A stretch of DNA of 63,893 nucleotides from Octopus bimaculoides (GCF_001194135.2 NC_068990.1:80802257-80866149), one strand, 5' to 3'; positions 47,910-61,467 are shown, numbered from the stretch's first letter. Program-made: numbers and translations. Notes: generated by a model from the letters alone, not told the origin.

Positions 47910-48002
47910 TTGGTAGAGTTAGTTGTGTTCGTAGTATTGAAGCGGATGATATTTTGGTGTTAAACTCTACTGACAATGACAGTAATGTTGCTGCTTATCA
48001 GG
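47910..48002 (+). CDS. Candidate internal coding exon (93 bp, phase 1-1)
   Basis: TTTTTTGTAG/TTATTTTAG tandem in-frame acceptors and AGG|GTGAGT donor; open frame (V)GRVSCVRSIEADDILVLNSTDNDSNVAAYQ(G). Confidence 0.4.
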
Positions 48003-49634
48003 GTGAGTGAAATAGCAACAAAAAAATAAGTAGATGAAGAAAGAGAAAAAGATACCGAGGACAACGAATCAATGTATAAGAATCATTACACATACGCAAG
48101 CATTGCCTGAAACCATAAATCATGAGATCTAGAGTGGAAACCGATATAAAATAGTGAAAATAATCCTAATTCATATTCAACACATAGGAAGACTGTCAGT
48201 TGTATTACTGGCTACACATTTTAATCCAAAGTTTGCTAAATAGACTGCGTACGTCTCAAATAAATGCCAACATCAGCAGTAAATTCACTAAGATTACTGA
48301 ACAAAAATTTCTGAGAAATGTATTAGCTTTTAACTGTCATATATGAAAAGCTTGACGTAACAAACTGATGGAATTTTAGTATTTTGAAGGAGGGAAATAT
48401 ACAAAATCAAAAAAAAAAATCTGGAGAATTCGAGCTATTATTTCGAATAACCCATTAACATAAATCGAGTAGGAGAAAACATGCTGTTTGAAATCAATAG
48501 TTGTGAGTGAGATATACTTGTGTAACGAACATCGGCCGAATGTGTCATACAAAAGAAATATGCGACGAAATACAAGTGCAGTTAATAACGTCAACATAAT
48601 GGCCAACACCTAAAGCGTTCCAGTTTGTTACATGTTTTACATATACACAGACAAACACAGAAATGTGCACACATATATAAGCGCATATGTATATATGCAT
48701 ACATGTCACCCTAAGACGATAAACACACGCTATCTTATGTGTACATATGAATTTTTGTTTTTGTGTGTATGTATATATATATATATATANNNNNNNNNNN
48801 NNNNNNNNNNNNNNNNNNNNNNNNNNNNNNNNNNNNNNNNNNNNNNNNNNNNNNNNNNNNNNNNNNNNNNNNNNNNNNNNNNNNNNNNNNNNNNNNNNNN
48901 NNNNNNNNNNNNNNNNNNNNNNNNNNNNNNNNNNNNNNNNNNNNNNNNNNNNNNNNNNNNNNNNNNNNNNNNNNNNNNNNNNNNNNNNNNNNNNNNNNNN
49001 NNNNNNNNNNNNNNNNNNNNNNNNNNNNNNNNNNNNNNNNNNNNNNNNNNNNNNNNNNNNNNNNNNNNNNNNNNNNNNNNNNNNNNNNNNNNNNNNNNNN
49101 NNNNNNNNNNNNNNNNNNNNNNNNNNNNNNNNNNNNNNNNNNNNNNNNNNNNNNNNNNNNNNNNNNNNNNNNNNNNNNNNNNNNNNNNNNNNNNNNNNNN
49201 NNNNNNNNNNNNNNNNNNNNNNNNNNNNNNNNNNNNNNNNNNNNNNNNNNNNNNNNNNNNNNNNNNNNNNNNNNNNNNNNNNNNNNNNNNNNNNNNNNNN
49301 NNNNNNNNNNNNNNNNNNNNNNNNNNNNNNNNNNNNNNNNNNNNNNNNNNNNNNNNNNNNNNNNNNNNNNNNNNNNNNNNNNNNNNNNNNNNNNNNNNNN
49401 NNNNNNNNNNNNNNNNNNNNNNNNNNNNNNNNNNNNNNNNNNNNNNNNNNNNNNNNNNNNNNNNNNNNNNNNNNNNNNNNNNNNNNNNNNNNNNNNNNNN
49501 NNNNNNNNNNNNNNNNNNNNNNNNNNNNNNNNNNNNNNNNNNNNNNNNNNNNNNNNNNNNNNNNNNNNNNNNNNNNNNNNNNNNNNNNNNNNNNNNNNNN
49601 NNNNNNNNNNNNNNNNNNNNNNNNNNNNNNNNNN

Positions 49635-49694
<60 letters not shown>

Positions 49695-50534
49695 GATAAT
49701 GTATTATATTATATCATGATATACTATATTGCATTATATTACATTATATTGTATATTATATATAATATAATTGGACACAAAAAGCTAGAAACTAGGAGGA
49801 ATAAGAAATCAAACTAACGCTATTCGTACGAATATATACATATATTTGCCTACATATAACTGGCAGTATATATTTATGCTGGCGTTGATATGCATAGAAA
49901 GAGTAACAGTGGGAGATGCTCATTGCAGATTTCGATGCATTGAATATATTTATACAATTAGATTCCTACAATCGCCCTGTAGGCAATTTACGAAACAGAA
50001 TAGAGAATGCAGAACTTTAAAAAGCAACCATGTCTTTGATAGATGGAATTCAAGGTCCATACTGACCAGTGATATGTGAGATTAATATCCGGTGTCGTTG
50101 AAATCAATATTTCACACAACATTACATCAAAGCTGTCGACACTTTGGCTTACTTTCCACATATTGTCTTCCACTTACTACCAGGTTTTATATTCAGCAAT
50201 ATTTCACATTGCTTACAAAGATACACGCACACACACACACACATGCATACGTATATAACTGTGTACACACACTCACACACACACTCTCACACACAGACAC
50301 ACACACATATATGCATTCATACATACATAGATACATACATAAATTCATACACACACATCTATACATATGTACGTACGTATGTATTTACTTATATGAATTA
50401 TAAGCATGCATTTATATATGTATGCATATGTTTGTATATATATATATACAAATGTGTGTGTGTGTGTGTGTGTGTGTGTATCTATATATCTATATGTGTA
50501 TATATATATATGCGTTTATGTAAATGTATATATG

Positions 50535-50566
<32 letters not shown>

Positions 50567-51128
50567 CACACGCACACACAGATATATATATATATATATA
50601 NNNNNNNNNNNNNNNNNNNNNNNNNNNNNNNNNNNNNNNNNNNNNNNNNNNNNNNNNNNNNNNNNNNNNNNNNNNNNNNNNNNNNNNNNNNNNNNNNNNN
50701 NNNNNNNNNNNNNNNNNNNNNNNNNNNNNNNNNNNNNNNNNNNNNNNNNNNNNNNNNNNNNNNNNNNNNNNNNNNNNNNNNNNNNNNNNNNNNNNNNNNN
50801 NNNNNNNNNNNNNNNNNNNNNNNNNNNNNNNNNNNNNNNNNNNNNNNNNNNNNNNNNNNNNNNNNNNNNNNNNNNNNNNNNNNNNNNNNNNNNNNNNNNN
50901 NNNNNNNNNNNNNNNNNNNNNNNNNNNNNNNNNNNNNNNNNNNNNNNNNNNNNNNNNNNNNNNNNNNNNNNNNNNNNNNNNNNNNNNNNNNNNNNNNNNN
51001 NNNNNNNNNNNNNNNNNNNNNNNNNNNNNNNNNNNNNNTGTAGTCTGATCTCTTTAGCATGAAAAGTGATACCGAAGTAAGCACATTTAGAAATAAAATG
51101 TTCTTTTATTTTTGTTGATTAATTGTAG

Positions 51129-51281
51129 GCAGACAACTGTAACCTTGCCTGCCAAAAGGCGCTGCCTTGTCTTTTCAATATGGCTGATTGTCTACTACGA
51201 TTTGTTGAAAACCCGCACCCAGTTTTGGCTTTCAATGGAGTTGGATTTCTCGGAAGGTTATTGGTGCTATTGAAGGGAGAG
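51129..51281 (+). other. Coding-like open segment with an acceptor (candidate 153-bp phase 0-0 exon, or a decayed transposase)
   Basis: TTAATTGTAG acceptor; open frame ADNCNLACQKALPCLFNMADCLLRFVENPHPVLAFNGVGFLGRLLVLLKGE; weak GTAGTA donor; unrecognised protein. Confidence 0.25.
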
Positions 51282-52869
51282 GTAGTAATTTTGACTGGAT
51301 TAGAGGAAGTGGATACAAAGATTGTTCGTGGTCTGAAGCATGACAATGCTGGCTAATTCAAAATTGTTCCTGTCGTTACAGAAAATTTGTCACAAATATA
51401 AGACAGCTCATGTTCATTCTATTTTTACCTGTGGCTGTCCAGTTAACCGGTCTACATCAAAAGTTATTGGTTGATTTAGCATGCGTTGGGGATGAATAAT
51501 TTCGTCTCTACGACGGAGAATTTAGCTCGAAATATTAAAGCAATTTTCATCTTTCGTCATACAATTGTTTTCATCAAACTTTTTAACTTTTGACACGTAG
51601 AAGCCGTCATGAATAATTATTGGAATTTGCATGGTGTGGTATGTGTTGCGATATTGATGGGTTTTAACTGTTATTTGCTCATGAGTATTTGATTGATTTC
51701 TATAGAAAGCTACAGCGGAGTTGATTACATATTTATTTTGGACATGCAGTATTAGAGCAGGCTGTAATACGTCAGTCTCAAAGGAGTTTTTCAGTTCAAG
51801 ATCTGAGATACGAACGGAGCACCTGAGTGAAGAACATTAGTTAAATTTTCTTAACTTAAATCTTGTATGCTTCTATATCATAGAAAGGACGATCGCATAA
51901 CGTCGTGTGAACTTTGGGAAATTAAATGATCACTGGCGAGACACAGTAAATCTATTGTACAAGTTCACCTCTGATCAATTTTAAGCGAAAGAAGCTCCAC
52001 ACTGAGATCGATGGGTTTGTGTTCGAGAATACGAGAATATCCACCAAGCTGAATATGTTGTTCGTGATGGTAACATTTGGTGAGTTATCATTGTCTGAAA
52101 TTACACTTCTCGAAAACCTCATCATGAAGATACGTATATTCATAGTTTGAGTTCGATATTCATAAGAAAAATCGAATAGTTCATTGAGGAATGGAACTAC
52201 TAAAGGAATTCGTGCAAGCACCATGATGATTTGCCATCTCCTTCGGTGGGAGTTATCAGAAACGATTTACAACTAGATGGTTATGTACAACTTGTAGTAG
52301 AAGGCTTTTAAGTGAAAGAGGACAAGTTTCATTCTGATTTGCTATCTTCGTGAAGCATTAAATTTAGGGCAAAACGAGTATTAATTATTGTTAATACAGT
52401 ATTACCTGCCAAAATGCTATTGAGCGAGGCGTTCCGGTTGGCATATTGCAGTTAAAACTATTTAGCAATTACCATTATATATACACTCTTTGCAAGGTGT
52501 CTGACACCCTACATTCATGTAAAAGGCGTGTTATCTTGCACGCCATGCACTGCTTGATCACTTAATGAGAGTAAATTTCTTGTTTCCGTGAAATTTAACC
52601 TGTGTTTTCTACATATACAGCGGCATTGATGGCTTTAGATCTGTAATATTTAATGTATGTGCCTTATGAAAGTACACATCAAGGAGGACAATCTTAACTA
52701 TCAAAATCAAATTAGTGGTAACGTCTATTTGCTATCAAATGGCGTCCGTACAAATTTTGGTGAAGCCCCAGCTAACTATAGACTTAAAAATAGTACTTGT
52801 GTACTCCAATTTCAAATACATGTACGCGCATGTCCATAGGTAATATAACTAGCGAACTTCATGTACACA

Positions 52870-52937
52870 TGTATGTATGTATGTATGTATGTATGTATGT
52901 GTGTGTGTATGAGTGTGTGTGTGTGTGTGTTTGTGTG

Positions 52938-52969
<32 letters not shown>

Positions 52970-52970
52970 G

Positions 52971-53010
<40 letters not shown>
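52870..53010. repeat. (GTAT)n/(GT)n compound microsatellite
   Basis: Direct reading of the sequence. Confidence 0.95.
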
Positions 53011-54753
53011 AAACAGATTTTATTGAAACGTGAATTTGTGACTGTGTCAGTAGTCATCCATGAGGTCGTATGTAAATTTCTCCGTTCAAATTATGATTCA
53101 ATATACACCATCAATAAATTCAACTAGAAATGAACAGAAGAGGGGGCGGTTTGATCATCCCAAATGTGAAGTCATGTGGTATTTCAAATAGTCATACTAA
53201 ATGAATTCTCCATATTAAATATAATTTAGTTCGAGTGTGACGTCTGGGATAACTCAATCTATTGTGAATATTTTAATGCAGCCATATACATGATAAAGTT
53301 AAACATGTAAAGATATATAAGAAAACTCGTTCTCAAAGCGAGCTTCATAAAATAAATACATCCAGAAGCAACCAAAGAATATATGCATTATCCTTTGTCG
53401 AAGCAATTTTCAGCAACACTTAATAATTCTATATCACTAGCATACACCCTCATAAAATTACCGTTGTTGGAAGACCAATAAAATAAACACTCTTTATATG
53501 CGCCTTCCTTTGACTTCAGTCTAAAAACAAGAGATTCAACATATATTTCTCTTTCCAATCGATAAACATTTGCGTAAAAATCACGAATTCTATCAGTTGT
53601 TTACCAGAACATACATAAACGTCAAATTCTGTTACTTGGGAAACGTTTCAAAAATAATAATCATAACTACATGAACATAATACTAAACGTTTACGATATT
53701 CTCTTCTCTCAGTATGCAACAGTAACAAAATAGGAATCTGCTCCTAAAGAGATGATATTTTCATAGAGATATGATTGACTATGAAACGTGCCAGCTACAT
53801 GTGGCTGACAAACATCTATTTAAACTTGACTACATTGAAATGTAGACACGCATGTCAACGTTAAAATGCCTCTCTGTGTTTCCTCGTCTTGTTAAAAATA
53901 CAAACCAAATAGAAGCCAAACGTACTTAACTCACATTATGATATCTTCGAATAGTAAGTGATACGTTAGAGAATGTAGATCTAGCTTTACCTCCAAAGAT
54001 GTATACCTACTGCTAGGTTTATTTTCAATAGATTTGCTAGACCATGTTGGTTTGATATATAAACATATATATCCTTTATATACTTGACAGTTTTCATAAC
54101 ATAAATAAACTTGTAAACTCTCATCTTTTCTCCATCATCTTCGTAAATGTTTTAAAGCAATTTTGAATTTAAGATTTTGCCGCTATTCACCATGTCTATT
54201 ATTGAATTGATTGGTTGCATTACATTTGAAACTTCCCTTGCTAATTGGTTAACATTGATCTCGTCCGAGAAGTTTGACATTGTATAGTTTCTAGACAACT
54301 TATTTCATAGTGTTATTCTCAAGCTACTGCTATCTGCACCTTCGGATGATCTCTACTCAACCGCTACACAACTGTTCCTACCACGGCCAGAACACCTCTA
54401 TTTATATGTCTTGGGAGAACCTACTTCCTCGCCTGGGGGCGTCGACACAACATGTAACTTCTTATATATTGTATAAAAATATACGCTACGCGTGGTTGTA
54501 TTCCTTTATGTATGCATGTATGTATGTATGTATGTATGTACTTAATGATTGGGTAACATTCTAGTTGAAGGCGTATGAAATACTGGAGTTAAATTAGGAA
54601 AGCAATACTTGTCGTCCCCACCAACGACGGTAACAAGTAAAAAAAAGTATAGATAATTTCAAAACAACACGCACTTTTCATACAGAATTTAAACGGGTTG
54701 CAATAAAGGTGGAATCTTGGTTGCAATATCTGCGCGCATGTATGTTTATCCAG

Positions 54754-54804
54754 AGCTTGATTCCTTAGTCACCAGCGGAGGCACATTTGAAAGTATAAAT
54801 TTGG
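54754..54804 (+). CDS. Candidate internal coding exon (51 bp, phase 1-1)
   Basis: TGTTTATCCAG acceptor and TGG|GTGAGT donor; open frame (E)LDSLVTSGGTFESINL(G). Confidence 0.4.
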
Positions 54805-55078
54805 GTGAGTACACAATGTTTCTAATGGGCAGTGATGGACTTCTTCAGTCACGTAAGGACAACCATCATATATTCATGTATATGAAGTCTATTTGAATTT
54901 TTACCTTGCAGTCTTCAAACTGGTCACTAACAGAGTATTGAGTTTGTTTTATTAAAGCTGGTGCCCTAGGGAAAATGCCTGGTGCCTTCATATATTTATG
55001 CATGCATGTGGGTAATTGTGTACTCTTGTAGCGGATGTGCACACCACTTTTGTATTCAAGTACATGTACTTCATTTTT

Positions 55079-55285
55079 GATTTCCTTATTACCCACAAGG
55101 GGCTAAACATGGAGGGGACAAACAAGGACAGACAAAGGGGTTAAGTCGATTACATCGACCCCAGTGCGTAACTGGTACTTAATTTATCGACCCCGAAAGA
55201 ATGAAAGGCAAAGTCGACCTTGGTGGAATTTGAACTCAGGACGTAACGTTTCGCCCGGCGTGCTAACGTTTCTGTCAGCTCGCCA
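55079..55285 (-). mobile_element. SINE family A (tail type 1) with a deletion in the head
   Basis: Matches the reverse complement of 29691-29903. The GACGAAATACCGCTAAGCA segment between GAACTCAGGACGTAAC and TTTCGCCCGGCG is missing. Confidence 0.9.
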
Positions 55286-55968
55286 TGTGCTTCATTTCTG
55301 TTAATACCCATGTAGAAGTATGCCTTTATGTGTGCATGGACACGTATGCACATAATTATGAATGCAGGTATGCATATGCGTAGGTATGAGTCTACGACTG
55401 CATGTACTTAGGTATGTAGCAGCGTTTATGTAATTATATATGCATATTGATAGCTGAGGGAATTCAAAAATATTCTATGACACCGCCTACTATTCGTTTG
55501 CTTAGTACATATCTCGCTAAAACCGTATGGAGACCACTGAAATTTAATAATGCACTTCCATTTTACTCACATTTTACTGAATTCTCCTATTTACAATATC
55601 CTGTAGGATTTTCTTTTCTTTCGTACTTGATATTTTCTATCACAAAACTATCTTTAACGATATTATTTTCACACTTGCTGCTATGACCTGAAGAATATCC
55701 TTCCCGAATAAGATATTTAGAATACTGTTTGACTAAAATGATTCCAGTTATGAATTTAAGTAAAAGGCATGATTTCTTTGAAAATGTATCTGTGAAATGC
55801 TATTAACTTATCAAGCATAACCGTTTGTTTTAAAAATATTACTGTGCTTGATTCTAATTCTTTTTTATGCCTCATCCGAAAAAGAAAAAAAAAGACACTT
55901 CACTTTCCGATATGTTAAGAATTAGCTCAGAGCAATCGTTTAATCAAATCATTTTTAAGATTCTTATA

Positions 55969-56158
55969 TCTTTTCTACTCTAGGCCCAAGACCCGAAATT
56001 TTGGGGGAGGAGGCCAACTGGTACTTAATTTATCGACCCCGAAAGGATGAAAGCTAAAGTCGGCCTCAGCGGAATTTGAACTCAGAACATAAAGACAGAC
56101 AGAATACGCCTAAGCATTTCGCCCGGCATGCTAACGTTTCTGCCATTTCACCGCCTTA
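55969..56158 (-). mobile_element. SINE family A (tail type 3)
   Basis: Family A head and core with a different 3' tail (minus strand CCTCCTCCCCCAAAATTTCGGGTCTTGGGCCTAGAGTAGAAAAGA). Confidence 0.88.
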
Positions 56159-56320
56159 AAGATTCTAAAACCTGCTGGAAAATTCGTTCATCTTAATTTG
56201 TACCTTAGTAGCAGTAGATAGTAACAAATAATTCATCGCAGATAGGTACTAACTATAAAGCTGATACTGTCTGAAGATATATACGTAGGCGTTTGCGGAA
56301 AAACTAAGCGAAATAGTCTA

Positions 56321-56479
56321 TAGGCACAGTCGTAGCTGTGTGATAAGAAGCTTGCTTCCCAACCACATGGTTCCGAGTTCAGTTCCACTGCGTAGCACCT
56401 TGAGCAAGTGTCTTCTATTATAGCCAGGGCTGACCAAAACATCGCGAATGAATTTGGTTGAAGGAAGCTNNNNNNNNNN

Positions 56480-56560
<81 letters not shown>

Positions 56561-56753
56561 TGTCTTATGTATGTATGTATGTATGTATTTATGTGTGTGT
56601 GTCTTTGTGTCTGTGTTTGTCTCTATTCAAGATTGACAACTGATGTTGGTGTGCTTACGTCCCCGTAACTTAGGGGTTCGGCAAAAGAGACCGATAGAAT
56701 GAGTACTAGGCTTACAAAGAATAAGTTCCGGGGTTGACTTCTTCGACTAAAAT
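56321..56753 (+). mobile_element. SINE family B with central (AG)n/(GATA)n/(GTAT)n tracts
   Basis: Head GTAGCTGTGTGATAAGAAGCTTGCTTCCCAACCACATGGTTCCGAGTTCAGTTCCACTGCGTAGCACCTTGAGCAAGTG; 3' part CGTCCCCGTAACTTAG..GGTTCGGCAAAAGAGACCGATAGAATGAGTACTAGGCTTACAAAGAATAAG; extreme 3' end missing. Confidence 0.9.
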
Positions 56754-59506
56754 CGAAAACTTGCACTTTGGTGGACGAATGATATACCTAAGTCTTTTGT
56801 GGGGAAATCAACGAAAGAGAGAAACAATATGAGTATCAGGTAGACCTGGATGAAAAAGCGAAGCAGCTATCAATTTCAGAGATGTTTAAGCCATTATGGC
56901 GACGTAGAAACGCAGAGCAAATGAAAGCTCTCTTTAGACCGTGTTGTAGCTCGATTTAGAACAAAAATAGCTAATACGGGTTTATTTTGAGTTTTGTAGA
57001 GGACAAGCAGTCATTTAGGATTAGAATATTTTCCTATTTTCAGACTTTAGCACAAAACTGCATTCCTTTCTTCGTATTTGTGATGTTGGATTTGAAAGTA
57101 ATAAAGTGTTCTGTACCAGTGTCAAAATCATGGTTATTGTACGTTACATGATGCCTATTTCATCCGATCCAGATAAAAACCTAAAGTGACAAATATATTA
57201 TATTTAACAATAATACAACCGGGTTCTAGAAACCTTGGTCTAACGTAACGAAACGGAAGGCACTGGGTGCTGTTTGATTTGTTTGATTGTAAAGATCATT
57301 GAATTTTTTCATACTTTGTGACTGCTTGTATGTGTTTTGAAACTTATATTTTGTACTTATGTTTGCTCTGTGCGTGGGTATACAGGTCTAACAGTGTGAG
57401 TGGGTAAGTGAAGGTATTTATGTGATTGTATGTGTGGTGCGCATTTGTTTGTGTGTATGTTTGTGTGTATGATCGTGCGTGTGTTTGTGTGTGAGCGTGT
57501 TCGTGTGACTATACACTTGTTCAACAGCAGACGGTGCCTGAACGTGTACTCAGAGCAAAAGAGAACGTTAGTGCATCTAACGAATAAAGAATAAAGAGTT
57601 TAAACGTTTATAATTGGACAAATTAGCCATTTACAACCTATTTATACGAGTAACAATATGGAGTGAGAATGGTTTCTACGTCGGTGGATATAACAATAGT
57701 TAAGTTTTCTATTAACAGAAATAAAAACAGCAGAAATGTATGTGGGTTGCTGATTTTCTCTTCAGCTCAGAACAATTATTTACCATCAACGCAGATGCGT
57801 CTTTCGTTTTTCCTGATAAAATAGATATAGACTACATGGTGATTTTTTCCCCTGTAATAAGGCTGTGTAACTTAGTCCACATCACGCTTTAACATAAATG
57901 TGTTGTGTTTGTGAGTGTGAGTGAAAATGTATGTATTTATACGTGTGTATGCATAGGTGTATACGTATGCGTGGGTGCGTGTGTGTGAATGTATGCATGA
58001 ATATATATTATATGATATGTATGCATGTATTTATGTATACACACTCATGCATGCATACATGATCGCACATACACATACAAAACCACAAAGATACGAGTAG
58101 CGAAACGCATAGATATATAGACAGATAGACAAATACGGTAGGAAAAGTTATCGTATTCTTTTAAACTTGTTCTAAAATAAACTTGAAGACCTAACCTCCA
58201 GAGAAAACTGAAGTATTGCTANNNNNNNNNNNNNNNNNNNNNNNNNNNNNNNNNNNNNNNNNNNNNNNNNNNNNNNNNNNNNNNNNNNNNNNNNNNNNNN
58301 NNNNNNNNNNNNNNNNNNNNNNNNNNNNNNNNNNNNNNNNNNNNNNNNNNNNNNNNNNNNNNNNNNNNNNNNNNNNNNNNNNNNNNNNNNNNNNNNNNNN
58401 NNNNNNNNNNNNNNNNNNNNNNNNNNNNNNNNNNNNNNNNNNNNNNNNNNNNNNNNNNNNNNNNNNNNNNNNNNNNNNNNNNNNNNNNNNNNNNNNNNNN
58501 NNNNNNNNNNNNNNNNNNNNNNNNNNNNNNNNNNNNNNNNNNNNNNNNNNNNNNNNNNNNNNNNNNNNNNNNNNNNNNNNNNNNNNNNNNNNNNNNNNNN
58601 NNNNNNNNNNNNNNNNNNNNNNNNNNNNNNNNNNNNNNNNNNNNNNNNNNNNNNNNNNTATATACTTTTTATCCCTACACATGAGATATAAATGAATCAA
58701 TCATAAAATGCTCTATTCAAAATTAGGATCTATTTAGTTGTATTAAATCCAATGGAGATTTCATTGTATGGAGTGATACACGGGATCAGATCCTTTTCTT
58801 CATGTGTGATGCTAACGCAATTGAATTAAGATAGCTACCATGGGTTGCTAAGGAACAAAAGCTAATAAATGTTTCATCTTATAACAATACATATTGTTGA
58901 ATTTCTCTAGATTATATAATGGAATCTAAACTTCATATACATATGAACACAAAATAATAAGTATAATATATTCGTCACAGATTTTATACAATTGCATATT
59001 TCTTCCTGGCTTGCGTACTTCTTCTTGGCTTGCAAGAGGAATTAGAATTTACCTCAACGAATTGTGTTGCATACCTAACTTTAAAAGTAGCTTGAAAAGT
59101 CTTACCGTTAAGACTGAAGGTTAATTAGTTAAATTCTGTGTTACTTGCTCACGATCTGCTTTTGAATATCATGTCAATTCTATACAGTCACTTAAATATT
59201 TATTAACAAAGCTAAGTCCACCAATAAATATTGGTATAATGTGAATTTATAACAGTGTAAAATTTTCAGATTTCGAAGCAATTGTATATAAATATTCTCC
59301 ATTCGAGATTCTCTCATCTGCAGCCTGGCTGATCACTATACTTAGTGGGTCTATTTACTGGGCCAAGCAATTAAATCATACCTGATATGTTTGCATTTGA
59401 CTGTTCGTTTTTTTATGTATTCAATAACAAGGACATTGTTTATATTGCTTTATGTTCCTATTCCTAAGAATAACAAAGAATTAATATACTTGTAAGCAAC
59501 GTGCAT

Positions 59507-59555
59507 GGAGGCACAATGGCCCAGTGGTTAGGGCAGCGGACTCGCGGTCGGAGGA
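59507..59555 (+). mobile_element. tRNA-like SINE head truncated by an assembly gap
   Basis: GGAGGCACAATGGCCCAGTGGTTAGGGCAGCGGACTCGCGGTCGGAGGA has an A-box (TGGCCCAGTGG) and then runs into Ns. Confidence 0.55.
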
Positions 59556-60353
59556 NNNNNNNNNNNNNNNNNNNNNNNNNNNNNNNNNNNNNNNNNNNNN
59601 NNNNNNNNNNNNNNNNNNNNNNNNNNNNNNNNNNNNNNNNNNNNNNNNNNNNNNNATATCTGTCTTTGTAAGTAATTATCTACTTATCCATCCATACATC
59701 CACTCATCTATTTATCTATCTATCTGTCTATCTATCTATCTATCTATCTATCTAACTATCTATCTAACTATCTATCTAACTATCTATCTATCTATCTATC
59801 TATCTATATAATTGATTGATCAAAAGGATGATATTCATATCTGCATTAATATGCGAACTATTAAGAATAGGAGATACATATGTAACAGCTACAACAACTA
59901 CAACAACAATAACAACAACAACAACAGCAACGACAGCAACAACGAGACGGCGACAACGACATCAACAATAATAGACGGTGGTAGACTGGATTAAATTGCG
60001 AAATTAGTTAGAGCTGGAAATTCAAGGATACACTCAAACGAAGAACAGCGTAATGATATTCACATGGATATATCATAAAACTATTGGGAACAGGATTTAG
60101 AATTTAGGCCAAAAATCCCCAGTCGCCACTCAGGTGATATAAAGAGAAATTAATTGACTTCAAAAGGAGATATCATGAGATGATGACTGTAAAAATGGCT
60201 TCATTACTGAACTGAAGAGGCAATAATAGTAAGGGCTATTAGAAATTGTTACCGGGTTATCCTCTCTGTATTAATTAGGGATTCCCTCGCTTCCAATACG
60301 ATTCGGCTACATACGTATGCATGTGTATATATGTACATATGTGTATCAATCTA

Positions 60354-60415
<62 letters not shown>

Positions 60416-60671
60416 NNNNNNNNNNNNNNNNNNNNNNNNNNNNNNNNNNNNNNNNNNNNNNNNNNNNNNNNNNNNNNNNNNNNNNNNNNNNNNNNNNNNN
60501 NNNNNNNNNNNNNNNNNNNNNNNNNNNNNNNNNNNNNNNNNNNNNNNNNNNNNNNNNNNNNNNNNNNNNNNNNNNNNNNNNNNNNNNNNNNNNNNNNNNN
60601 NNNNNNNNNNNNNNNNNNNNNNNNCTTACCAGCCTCATCGTTACGGGTTCAGTACCACGCACAAATATGTA

Positions 60672-61467
60672 TATTAGTTTGGCAACTAAGTTCCCCACGT
60701 TGTTTAAAATTTAAATTTTTTCAAAGGTTTAATAAAAAATAACAACTAATTAATCAATAATGCATTCACCCTTGTTGTTTACAACTTCTTCCCAACGTTC
60801 AACAAGATTTTCAATACTTCGTAGGTAGAAATCACCCGATTTCGACTCGAAAAATTGATCCATCCAAGCTCTCAATTCTGCATCAGTATTGAACGTAACT
60901 CCGAGCACAGCATTTGAAAGAGATCGAAAGAGGTGGAAATCCGTTCGAGCCAAATCAGGAGAGTACGGTGGGTGTGGCAGAATTTCCCAGTCATGCGTTT
61001 GAACGGCTTCCTTAGTCATATTGACGATATGATGGCGGGTGTTGTCATGCAGCAGCAGAACTCCATGCTTCAGATTAGGTATTTTCTCTTGACTAGCCGT
61101 GCTGAGTCGTTCCATCTGTTGAACATAGAGTTCTGAGTTGACATTTTGGTTTCGTTCAAGCAATTCGTAATGGATAATCCCTTCCCAGTCCCACCATACG
61201 CACAACATTATCTTACTCGAATGAAGATCTTATTTCACGCGTGGTGTTGCTTGTTTACTGAGACTAAGCCATTCCTTACGCTGCTTCATATTGATGTACA
61301 GACACCATGCTTGACTGCTAAATCCACAATTCTCTTTTTCATTCTCTGTTTATTTTCCCTTATTCCTTTCTGTTAAAGAGCATAAGCTCGGAATGTAAGA
61401 GATTTTTTCATTTTTCCCGGGCATGAAACAACTATACTTCAAAACTAATATACTTCAAACTAATATA
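60672..61467 (-). mobile_element. Mariner (DD34D) transposon, internally deleted
   Basis: Left end TATTAGTTTGGCAACTAAGTTCCC; the right end retains a degenerate CAAACTAATATA (duplicated). The transposase catalytic C-terminal half lies inside. Confidence 0.85.
60750..61290 (-). pseudogene. Mariner transposase catalytic-domain remnant
   Basis: MLCVWWD...LLLHDNTRHH...LPHPPYSPDLARTDFHLFRSL: exactly 34 residues between the HDN Asp and the TDF Asp (D34D). Upstream, the DEKW motif is altered to SQAW, there is an in-frame stop, and the HTH domain is absent. Confidence 0.92.

Noticed and set aside
59507-59555. Possible tRNA gene
   Set aside because: Only an A-box-bearing 5' half before a gap, with no cloverleaf. 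Like the other tRNA-like heads here, it fits a SINE.
5588-60742. Dozens of long ORF-track entries containing X runs or YI/HT/CV/SL/RE dipeptide repeats
   Set aside because: They are open only because they cross N gaps or (AT)n/(CA)n/(AG)n microsatellites; they carry no coding information.
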